Part shown: positions 1 to 6,888 of the stretch, piece after piece
Layout: the number at the start of each line of letters is the position of its first letter
How positions within the stretch are numbered: position 1 is the stretch's first letter
Assembly: GCA_902385515.1 (NCBI GenBank)
Contig: CABMGC010000049.1
Location: 1 to 14,959, forward strand
Length of the DNA stretch: 14,959 nucleotides
Direction: 5' to 3'
DNA from: an uncultured archaeon
GTDB taxonomy: Archaea > Micrarchaeota > Micrarchaeia > Micrarchaeales > CABMGC01
Position numbers and translations under genes: made by a program
The notes under the pieces: generated by a model
Database searches by the model: none
The model's input: only the letters and a program-made list of their open reading frames with translations
What the model was told of the DNA's origin: nothing

Positions 1-913
1 CCTGGTCGTGGCCCGGTTTGAAGAAATTGCCCTTGCGGTTGTGAATGTAGCCGTTATTTGTTAGCAGCTTCTTCGCGTACAGGAACCATTCGTGCTTTTC
101 ATCATCGCTGACCTGGCCCTCCATTGTGCCCTCCCTTATGCTGCGCTCGGAAAAGGTCGTCTCATAGACGATGTACCAGTACATCGTTATGCTCTGAGGG
201 CCCAGCTCCACGACCCTTGCAAGGTCTTCAGCCCACTGCTCGAACCTCTGGCCAGGCACGCCGTAAAGCATGTCTATGTTCACTGTGCCAAAGCCCGCCT
301 CAAGCGCGTCATGAAGAACATTCCTCCCGGCAGTCGCGCTGTGTGGCGAGCCGATGTTCTTCCTTAGCAGATTTTCCTGGCCGCTCTGATACCCTATCGA
401 TAGGCGGTTCACTCCCGAGTCGATTATCTGCGCGAAGTACTCCTTGCTGAAATCAACAGGATTGCCTTCGATCGTTATCTCCGCGTTGTCGGTCAGCTTG
501 AACGATCTCCTTATCAAGCCGACCAGGCGGGCGACCTGGTCCGGATACATAAGGGACGCGGTTCCTCCGCCAAAGTACACCGCCCCGCATTCCGCGGAGC
601 TAAAACGGGTTGTCTTGGAATAGAACGCTATCTGCTTTTCGACGTTTTCGAGGTACGCGTCGAGGAACGCGCGCCTGTCCACGCCGGGAGGCAGCAGCGC
701 CTTGAAGTGAGCGCAGGAATTGCATCTCTGCCTGCAATAGGGCACGCAGACAAAAAGGGTAAATGGATCGGGCGATGACGATCGCTCGGAAAGGCCAAGT
801 TCCTTCTCGAAATCCTTCTCCCTGCACGGATTTGACGGGAGCGGCGGAGGGTACTGGTAGTAGTCGAATTCGAACCGGTTGACCAGAGGAATGAGCTCCT
901 TGCCGTTTTCCAC
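1..913 (-). CDS. Radical SAM protein of the HemN/HemW family (coproporphyrinogen-III oxidase-like or heme chaperone). It is partial: the C-terminus runs off the window start.
   Basis: The minus-strand frame is open from 913 to position 1. The translation contains FVCVPYCRQRCNSCAHF (a CxxxCxxC cluster with the HemW-like aromatic residue after it), YFGGGTAS (the HemN GGGTP-type motif) and GNPVDFSKEYFAQIIDSGVNRLSIGYQSG. The only in-frame start codon before the motif is GTG at 913-911. It is preceded by AAGGTG (Shine-Dalgarno-like) and lies 2 nt after the TAA of the upstream gene. Confidence 0.8.
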   Translation of the reverse strand, partial: MENGKELIPLVNRFEFDYYQYPPPLPSNPCREKDFEKELGLSERSSSPDPFTLFVCVPYCRQRCNSCAHFKALLPPGVDRRAFLDAYLENVEKQIAFYSKTTRFSSAECGAVYFGGGTASLMYPDQVARLVGLIRRSFKLTDNAEITIEGNPVDFSKEYFAQIIDSGVNRLSIGYQSGQENLLRKNIGSPHSATAGRNVLHDALEAGFGTVNIDMLYGVPGQRFEQWAEDLARVVELGPQSITMYWYIVYETTFSERSIREGTMEGQVSDDEKHEWFLYAKKLLTNNGYIHNRKGNFFKPGHDQ

Positions 914-915
914 CG

Positions 916-1461
916 TTACACCTTTTCCCTTGCGGATTCCGCCTTCGGGCGCCCTCTCTTGGCCGGCGCCGCGGGCTTGGGCAGCATGACGCCTTTCGAG
1001 AGCAGGCTGTACCTGTCAATCAGCGGCACGAGCGTGCTTATGTTGAGTATTCTCGTGTCGCGCGTACGCACTCCGAGAAGCTCGAGCAGCAGCGCATCCG
1101 CCTTATCCATGCGCTGTATGTATGCGCCGCGCTCGGTGATCTTGCCCTTAGAATCGAACATTCCGGCAACAAGGCAGATCGCCATCTCCCTATTGTGTTT
1201 CGGCAGGTCCGCTTCCTTTGCGAGTATGTCGCGTATCATCCGGGCTATCTTGGAGTGGTAGAAGTGTACTGAGTTGGTGCCCTCGACGTCCTCGACCAGT
1301 ATCTTCTCAGGGGCGACCCCGAGGACCATCGCGTACTTGACGAAGCGCTGGGCGAGCTCGTCGCTCTTGGTCCTGATGCCGACGTAGCTCTTCTCAGGGA
1401 CCCAGAAGTGGTCCATGACGCCCGCCATGTAGCAGAGCTCGCTGGTCAGCTTGAATCGCAT
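916..1461 (-). CDS. Small DNA-binding protein with two degenerate LAGLIDADG-like motifs and a C-terminal AT-hook (KRGRPK). Nuclease activity is doubtful.
   Basis: ATG start at 1461 and TAA stop at 916. The two motifs YMAGVMDHF (about residue 12) and LVAGMFDSKGK (about residue 97) are roughly 85 aa apart. Each is followed by a TKSDELAQRFVKYAMVLGV / QRMDKADALLLELLGV segment resembling the post-hairpin helix of LAGLIDADG enzymes that ends in LGV(G). The conserved second acidic residue of each motif is replaced (F and K). The C-terminus PKPAAPAKRGRPKAESAREKV contains an RGRP AT-hook core. Confidence 0.45.
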   Translation of the reverse strand: MRFKLTSELCYMAGVMDHFWVPEKSYVGIRTKSDELAQRFVKYAMVLGVAPEKILVEDVEGTNSVHFYHSKIARMIRDILAKEADLPKHNREMAICLVAGMFDSKGKITERGAYIQRMDKADALLLELLGVRTRDTRILNISTLVPLIDRYSLLSKGVMLPKPAAPAKRGRPKAESAREKV

Positions 1462-1533
1462 GATAGTAATGCCTCAGATAAAGATTTAAGCCTTGGAGGA
1501 GCCCATTCGCGGCAGGACGAAAACGAAGCCAAT

Positions 1534-1543
1534 AATTAAATAC
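1534..1543 (+). promoter_or_regulatory. TATA-like box (TAATTAAATA) about 30 nt upstream of the methyltransferase ATG; the transcript is probably leaderless.
   Basis: This AT-rich element sits in the 111-nt divergent intergenic region, at the expected archaeal spacing from the ATG at 1573. On the opposite strand, TTAAATCTTTAT lies about 25 nt upstream of the ATG at 1461. Confidence 0.35.
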
Positions 1544-1572
1544 GGAAAAACGAAAAAATAGGTTTAGAGCAC

Positions 1573-2235
1573 ATGTCAATTTTCAAAAAGATTTTGAGGG
1601 CTGACTTCGACATCACTGCGGGCTACAAGGAGCCAGGCTACAGCTTACCTCGGCACGGGAACCCGGACGAAGGGGACGATTACTTGTATGACGTGCGCGA
1701 GGACGGGTATTTTAAGCCCATACTCGCCGCACTGCGCAAGCATTATCCGGATGCGACCCAGAGGCTCAGCGTCCTGCAAATCGCGAGCGGATACGGACAG
1801 CTCGGCACAGAGCTAGAAGAGGAGAATGCCGAACCGATCCTCATGGACATATCCCAGAGCAATATACGCTGGGGGAAGAAACACGGGACCTTTGGCGGCA
1901 TATGCGCCAACGCCGTCAAAATTCCCCTGAAGGACAATTCCGTGGACCTCGCAGTGTCCGACCATTTCATCTACGCCAACTACTGGATGGTCCAATATGG
2001 CGAGGAACAGGCAATAGTGGACGAGGTGCTCAGGGTGCTGAAGGACGACGGAATACTCATGCTGTACCACCATCACCTGCAATCGAGCTCGTTTCACTCA
2101 GATGCGCCGTATCTTGCCCAAAATTTCAATCTGCTGGAACACGAGACGTACCGGATCTGCTCGAGTCTCTTGATAATCCTGCAGAAGAAAACCAAGGATG
2201 GCTCTCCTTCTACTTTTGCCCTTAAGCAGGAATAG
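1573..2235 (+). CDS. Class I SAM-dependent methyltransferase (Methyltransf_11-like).
   Basis: 220 aa, ATG start and TAG stop. It has a motif I-like VLQIASGYGQLG, an acidic loop EPILMDIS, a motif II-like SVDLAVSDHFI and a motif III-like VLRVLKDDGILML. It is convergent with the 16S gene. Confidence 0.6.
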   Translation: MSIFKKILRADFDITAGYKEPGYSLPRHGNPDEGDDYLYDVREDGYFKPILAALRKHYPDATQRLSVLQIASGYGQLGTELEEENAEPILMDISQSNIRWGKKHGTFGGICANAVKIPLKDNSVDLAVSDHFIYANYWMVQYGEEQAIVDEVLRVLKDDGILMLYHHHLQSSSFHSDAPYLAQNFNLLEHETYRICSSLLIILQKKTKDGSPSTFALKQE

Positions 2236-2283
2236 CTTGACCGCCGAATGAAGAACTTCCGCCGGGCCTGCCGGCCAGGGTTC

Positions 2284-2306
2284 GAAGAAATAAAAAGAAA
2301 AAAGAT
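2284..2306 (-). terminator. Oligo-T terminator of the 16S transcription unit (TATCTTTTTTCTTTTTATTTCTTC on the minus strand).
   Basis: The T-rich run lies immediately 3' of the trailer half of the processing helix on the minus strand. A GCCGG/CCGGC hairpin (2253-2272) sits just beyond it, between the convergent methyltransferase and 16S genes. Confidence 0.45.
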
Positions 2307-2326
2307 AGTCTTGAGAAGATGCAAGT
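2307..2326 (-). other. Trailer strand of the pre-16S processing helix. It pairs with 3927-3945.
   Basis: Plus-strand 2307-2326 (agtcttgagaagatgcaagt) is the reverse complement of plus 3927-3945 (acttgcatctctcaagact) apart from one bulged A. Partial complementarity extends further (TTGCA...TTAAGT). The two elements flank the mature 16S ends at about 80 nt and about 34 nt. Confidence 0.6.
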
Positions 2327-2405
2327 GTAAAAATGCCCATTGCACTAAGTTCATCAGTGATGAATTTGTATTTTGATTTTTTATGAAACTCACAATTAAA
2401 AGTTT

Positions 2406-3893
2406 CGAGGTGATCTATCCGCAGGTTCCCCTACGGATACCTTGTTACGACTTAGCCCCCCTCACAAAGCTTTAGTTCGAAAACGCCTTAGGCGCTGCCT
2501 CACTAAAACCTCACTTAGGTGACTTGACGGGCGGTGTGTGCAAGGAGCGGGGACATATTCACCGCTTGATAGTGACGAGCGATTACTAGGGATTCCAGTT
2601 TCATGAGGGCGAGTTTCAACCCTCAATCCAAACTTTGGCTGCTTTTGGGGGATTAGCTCCTCCTTTCGGAGTCGCAACCCATTGTAGCAGTCTCTGTATG
2701 CCGCGTGTAGCCCTAAAGATTCGGGGCATACTGACCTACCGTCGCCCTCTCCTTCCTCCTCTTTAAACAGAGGCGGTCTCAACAGAGTGCTCGGCCCTTC
2801 GCAGGACCGGTGGCAACTGTCAACGAGGGTCTCGCTCGTTACAGGACTTAACCTGACACTTCACAGCACGAGCTGACGATGGCCATGCACCACCTCTCGG
2901 CTTGTAGGGTAAAGTCATTAGCTTGACCTTCATTCTGCCGTCGCTCTAGGTAATATTTCTGACGTTGTATTCAATTAAACCGCAGCATCCACCCCTTGTG
3001 GTGCTCCCCCGCCAATTGTTTTAAGTTTCAACCTTGCGGCCGTACTCCCCAGGCGGCAGACTTATCAGTTTCCCTACGGTACTGCGCAAACACGTGGTTT
3101 GTGCAACACCTTAGTCTGCATAATTTACTGCTAGGGCTACTCGGGTATCTAATCCGATTCGTTCTCCTAGCCTTCGCCACTCACCGTCGGATGTGTTCTG
3201 ATCACGCGCCTTCGCCACCGGTGGTCCTTAAAGGATTACAGGATTTTACCCCTACCCCCTAAGTACCCGTGATCTCTCCCACTCCCTAGCCAGAAGGTAT
3301 CCCACGCCAGCGTTAACGTTGAGCGTCAACATTTCACGTGGGACTGTTCTAGCCGGCTACTGGCCCTTTAAGCCCAATAATCGCGGACACCGCTTGTGCC
3401 GCCGGTATTACCGTGGCGGCTGCCACCGGTCTTACCCAGCACTTATTCGCCAAGCGATTTAGACTTGGCAAAAGGCGAACCGAAGTTCGCCACTCAGACT
3501 TCCCCCATCACGCTTACGCGCATTGTGGAGTTTTCGCGCCTGCTGCACGCCGTAGCGCTAGGACCATTGTCTCAGTGTCCTTCTCGGGGCTCCTGCTCTC
3601 ACATCCCCTACGGGTCAAAGGTATGGTGGGCCGTTATCCCGCCATCTGCCTGATCCGACGCGGTCTCATCGCAGAGCAGATATGCTACAATTCACATATC
3701 CTTTGAGCTATGGCTCCTTCCAGAAGCCTTAGCCTATGGTGGATTAGCCTTAGTTTCCCAAGGGTATCCTCCTTTCTGCGGCAGATTAACCACGCGTTAC
3801 TGAGCCGTACGCCGCCTACCGAAGCCGGTAAGCAGACTTGCATGGCTGTCGAAATCTGATAGTAGTGTCCTCCAGCAGCATCGACTGGTGTTT
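2406..3893 (-). rRNA. 16S (SSU) rRNA, archaeal and divergent.
   Basis: The minus strand reads 5'-CACCAGTCGATGCTGCTGGAGG... and ends ...GTCGTAACAAGGTATCCGTAGGGGAACCTGCGGATAGATCACCTCG-3'. It contains archaeal-type CTACGGCGTGCAGCAGGCGCGAAA and the 1492R site TACGGATACCTTGTTACGACTT. Length is about 1488 nt, so no intron. The 515 region reads GGTGGCAGCCGCCACGGTAA. Confidence 0.95.
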
Positions 3894-3926
3894 TAACTTA
3901 AATGCAATTTGTGCGAGTTTACAACT

Positions 3927-3945
3927 ACTTGCATCTCTCAAGACT
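3927..3945 (-). other. Leader strand of the pre-16S processing helix. It pairs with 2307-2326.
   Basis: See 2307-2326. It lies in the 5' leader between the promoter and the mature 5' end. Confidence 0.6.
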
Positions 3946-4032
3946 AAATCCAATTGCAATAGCAATTTTCACACCAACCCGCGGAGATAATGCTATCTCG
4001 GGGTTGATGACTATTTAATTGCACGAAAACAT

Positions 4033-4040
4033 TTATAAAG
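4033..4040 (-). promoter_or_regulatory. Candidate 16S rRNA promoter TATA box (TTTATAAA, palindromic). A second TATA-like AATTAAATAG lies at 4011-4020.
   Basis: The boxes are 110-140 nt upstream of the mature 16S 5' end and immediately downstream of the radical SAM stop codon. Their position is consistent with archaeal rRNA leaders that contain a processing stem. Confidence 0.4.
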
Positions 4041-4090
4041 ATGTCTCCATTACGCGTTACGCTGGGACGATGCGCAGACATTTATCGGGG

Positions 4091-5302
4091 CTACTGCAGG
4101 CCCATCACGCCGTCGTTGAGCGCGCAGCACTTCGCGCAGGCGGGCAGCTTCTTTTTGGCGCATATCGCCTCCCTGAACCTGCCGGCGGCCTCGCCGTTCC
4201 ACATCGCGCCTATGCTGCTGCTCCGCACGTTGCCAAGGCTAAACTCCCTCGTCCACCCGTCAGGGCACAGCATGACGTCGCCGTTAGCCCTTATGACCAG
4301 CGTATTCCAGGCTACGACGCACCGGTCTGCTTTGCTGAAGGAGGGCTCTTGGTAATATCTCGCTATCTGCTCGCGCGACATGCGCGGGTTCACGAACACG
4401 GGCCGGCCGTAGGAGGTGCGCTCGACCAGCGCGATCTCGTCCGCGAGTTTCGAAACGTAGCCGTTTTGAAATTTGGGCATCACGTGCGACATTGCCCCGT
4501 CGTCGCGCACGCCGAAAATCTTCTCGAACGTCTCTTCCCGCAGCCTTGCAGTGGCCGCGCTCGCGAACCACGTGTGCTGCAGGCGCACAGAATCGACGCG
4601 GATCTCGTCGGCAAGATACCTCGCGAGCTCGTCTGTGTGCCCGAGAAGGCCCGGGGAGAAAGTGGTGTTCGAATTCACGACGGGATATGCTCCCTGCCTG
4701 AGCTCGATGAGCCTTTTCATAGAGCGGGTGACCTTGTCAAACACGCCATCCCCACGAATCGCGTCGTGGACCTCCCGAGGTCCGTCAACTGAAAAGTTGA
4801 TCGCGAGATTTTCTATTTCAGAAAGTCGCTTCAGGGTGCGCTCGTCCATCAGCGTCCCGTTGCTGGTGAGTATTACAGGCATCCCCTTCCCGCTTATGTA
4901 CTCGATTATGTCCGCCATGTCCTTTCTGATAAAGGGCTCGCCCCCGGAAAGGTATATTGACGGCTTGTAATTCGCGAGCCTGTCGATGACCGCGAATATC
5001 TCCTTCGTGCCGAGCTCGTTTCTCGGATCGGTCCTTGCTCGATCCGTCAAGCACTCTGCGTTCTTTCCCCACCACCAGCACATGCCGCACCGCAGGTTGC
5101 ACCGCGTGGTCACTTCTAGGTTGACCCGCATTATCCTTCCAGCGCTTCTCCTTTCGCCGATTGCGAACTTAAGGCCAAGGCCGGCGCGTTTGGGCAGCGT
5201 CATCGCTACGAGTCCTGCATCCCATAGAAAGGGGCTGACCGCGCGCACGCTCGTGCCCATTCTGTACAGGTTCTTGTGCGATACGCTGTCGAGTTTCAAC
5301 AA
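4091..5302 (-). CDS. Radical SAM enzyme with a C-terminal SPASM/twitch-like Cys-rich domain.
   Basis: The protein contains MRVNLEVTTRCNLRCGMC (CxxxCxxC), GGEPF and a C-terminal cysteine pattern CVVAWNTLVIRANGDVMLCPDGW...CAKKKLPACAKCC. The track start at 5302 is a TTG preceded by GGTGAT (Shine-Dalgarno-like), and an ATG 14 codons downstream is the alternative start. The TAG stop is at 4091. Confidence 0.85.
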   Translation of the reverse strand: MLKLDSVSHKNLYRMGTSVRAVSPFLWDAGLVAMTLPKRAGLGLKFAIGERRSAGRIMRVNLEVTTRCNLRCGMCWWWGKNAECLTDRARTDPRNELGTKEIFAVIDRLANYKPSIYLSGGEPFIRKDMADIIEYISGKGMPVILTSNGTLMDERTLKRLSEIENLAINFSVDGPREVHDAIRGDGVFDKVTRSMKRLIELRQGAYPVVNSNTTFSPGLLGHTDELARYLADEIRVDSVRLQHTWFASAATARLREETFEKIFGVRDDGAMSHVMPKFQNGYVSKLADEIALVERTSYGRPVFVNPRMSREQIARYYQEPSFSKADRCVVAWNTLVIRANGDVMLCPDGWTREFSLGNVRSSSIGAMWNGEAAGRFREAICAKKKLPACAKCCALNDGVMGLQ

Positions 5303-5391
5303 ATCACCTGTGCGTGCCCGCTTCGAATATCCATTGCTTTTATTTTAACCTTGCGCGCGGCGAACGGGAGATGCGCAACGCAAAGCAAAGC

Positions 5392-5964
5392 TCACACCTT
5401 GACACGGTAGGGCTTGTCCCTTCTGTATTCCCTGAAGGTTTCCACAACCCAGGACGGGGCTTCTTGGCTGGCGGCCATTCCGAAATCCTTTAGCGACCAG
5501 ACTCGCCTCTCAAGTGGAATTTCAATGCCCAGGGCCCTTCTGGTAAAGAACATGTCGGTGGTGTCCTCGTCAACGAGGACTTCAAAGCCCTTTGCGTGCG
5601 CGGCGGCCGCGATTCTCTCTACGCAATCGGCATCATGGAATCCGCCGACGACCAGCTTTCGCGTACTTGGTAGTTGCGAGAGGACATAATCAGGGTCGAA
5701 ACGCACCTCCCTTTCGATGCAGTCCGCAAGCGTTATGCCCGCGACAAGAATCCTGCCCCCGTCCCGCACGGGCATGCGATTATCGACCGATTCGAAGTCC
5801 GGCTCGGCATAATTCTGCGGAGAACTGAAAAGAAGCCAGTTCGTCTCGTAGCCGCTGCCCCTGCCGTACCGTGCATTGATTATCAGGTCAAGCTTTCCGA
5901 CCTCGTGGTCGCCCTCCTTGAGATATCGCTTTGCCGGAAAAACGAACAGGTACTGGTCAGCCAT
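5392..5964 (-). CDS. Hypothetical protein; a possible isochorismatase-like (cysteine hydrolase) fold is a weak guess.
   Basis: 190 aa, ATG start and TGA stop. It has its own upstream TTTAAGAA TATA-like element. The segment LVVGGFHDADCVERIAAAAHAKGFEVLVDEDTT resembles the catalytic Cys strand-helix-strand of isochorismatase-family hydrolases, but I see no confirmed N-terminal Asp/Lys. Confidence 0.5.
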   Translation of the reverse strand: MADQYLFVFPAKRYLKEGDHEVGKLDLIINARYGRGSGYETNWLLFSSPQNYAEPDFESVDNRMPVRDGGRILVAGITLADCIEREVRFDPDYVLSQLPSTRKLVVGGFHDADCVERIAAAAHAKGFEVLVDEDTTDMFFTRRALGIEIPLERRVWSLKDFGMAASQEAPSWVVETFREYRRDKPYRVKV

Positions 5965-6031
5965 ACTTAAACGCTGCCGCCTGCCTTCTTAAACATTGAC
6001 GTGAATCCTGCAAGGCCGGAAGGCGAGAGCG

Positions 6032-6577
6032 CTACTCGCCGCGTGCGGCACCGGTCGCTATGAGGTGCGCTAGCCTTATGAGGGCGATAGCGTTGGGCAG
6101 CATCGGCCTGACTTCTTCAATCCTTATTCCAACGGGCCTTACGTAGAGTCCATTCGTCCGGTAGACTTTGGATTCGGCGCCTACTTTTTTCAGAATTGCC
6201 AATTTCTCTTCCACGTCCTTGCGCGACATTCTCACTGCGTTCGCAATCTTTGACTCCCGGGGTCTTTCTCGCACTATTGTGATGACGGGCACACCGAGCT
6301 TCTTTTGCAGTTCGACAAGGTCAACGATATTCAGGCCTGCGAGCGTTCCGCCCTGGATCGCCACGAGCCTTACCTAACGGGCAAACTTCGACTTCTTTAC
6401 GCTCCGGATTATCTTGCCAGTAGAATCAGTTCCGTCGACGGACACGTGGAAGGAGATAACCCCTTCGACAACGCCCTCCCGGCCTATGACGCCGGCGACG
6501 AGCGCATCCTTGTCTCCTTTCGTAAAAGAAGAATCGTCAATTGCAAGGATGCGCGCGCCCTTCTTGAGCATGGCCAT
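6032..6577 (-). pseudogene. UPF0215/DUF99 family gene interrupted by an in-frame TAG at 6374-6376. It may be a pseudogene, a split gene or a readthrough event.
   Basis: The N-terminal part MAMLKKGARILAIDDSSFTKGDKDALVAGVIGREGVVEGVISFHVSVDGTDSTGKIIRSVKKSKFAR stops at TAG. The same frame continues VRLVAIQGGTLAGLNIVDLVELQKKLGVPVITIVRERP...AHLIATGAARGE. Both halves match the DUF99 pattern (IDDS...DG.D.T... and VR...DG.T.AGFN..D). The ATG at 6577 overlaps the rpoL stop (TAATG). Confidence 0.6.
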
Positions 6578-6843
6578 TACTTCTTGGGTATCTGTGACGA
6601 AATCTCCTTTATCTCGTCCTGCAGGTCGTCGATGGCCTTCAGCACTATCGACTTGGCGTTCTTGGATGACTTCACGACGAGCCTCATCGACTTCGCCTCG
6701 GGGTGGTCCCTCTCTATGCTTGAGAATTCGACGTCCTTGTTGTCCGCCAGCTTCTCCCTTATCAGCTCGACCACGCTCCTGTCGGTATCCTCGAACTCCG
6801 CGATGAAGCTCTTTGTCTCGTCCTCGATTACGTTGATGTGCAT
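6577..6843 (-). CDS. rpoL: DNA-directed RNA polymerase subunit L (Rpo11).
   Basis: MHINVIEDETKSFIAEFEDTDRSVVELIREKLADNKDVEFSSIERDHPEAKSMRLVVKSSKNAKSIVLKAIDDLQDEIKEI. The ATG is at 6843; the track start at 6852 is an upstream in-frame TTG. The TAA stop overlaps the DUF99 start. Confidence 0.85.
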   Translation of the reverse strand: MHINVIEDETKSFIAEFEDTDRSVVELIREKLADNKDVEFSSIERDHPEAKSMRLVVKSSKNAKSIVLKAIDDLQDEIKEISSQIPKK

Positions 6844-6888
6844 AGGAAACACCAGAAATTAGAATTAAATGCCTCAATACTAATGGCA

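Noticed and set aside
600-1019. A minus-strand ORF (139 aa, Arg/Pro-rich) and plus-strand ORFs 92-367 and 124-450 in the first kilobase.
   Set aside because: They sit in alternative frames of the HemN/HemW-like gene, which has unmistakable motifs in its own frame. The compositions are junk-like.
2278-2290. GGGTTCGAAG, which superficially resembles a tRNA T-arm.
   Set aside because: It has no matching acceptor stem, D-arm or anticodon arm context. It is followed by the A-rich terminator tract, so it is not a tRNA.
2357-2364. A TGATGA (C-box-like) motif inside a near-palindrome (ttcatcagtgatgaa) in the 16S 3' trailer. Another TGATGA lies at 4003-4008 in the leader region.
   Set aside because: No correctly spaced D/D' (CTGA) boxes or guide complementarity could be defined. 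The motifs lie within the pre-rRNA processing and terminator region, where such palindromes are more simply explained as secondary-structure elements.
2406-3893. Possibility of an intron or homing-endonuclease insertion in the 16S, given the nearby LAGLIDADG-like gene.
   Set aside because: The gene is about 1488 nt with contiguous conserved blocks from the 5' to the 3' end. There is no extra length for an intron.
4019-4792. A long plus-strand ORF (257 aa) and several others (4041-4355, 4473-4970, 4492-4701, 4986-5348) overlap the radical SAM gene.
   Set aside because: They are antisense to a gene with clear radical SAM/SPASM motifs. Their products are Arg/Ala/Pro-rich low-complexity sequences typical of GC-rich antisense frames, and they have no family resemblance or start context.
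6374-6376. Possibility that the in-frame TAG is a reassigned sense codon (pyrrolysine or another amino acid).
   Set aside because: TAG is used as the terminator of at least three other well-supported genes in this window (2233-2235, 4091-4093, 6032-6034). No pyl-like genes are visible here. Local nonsense, readthrough or error is more parsimonious.
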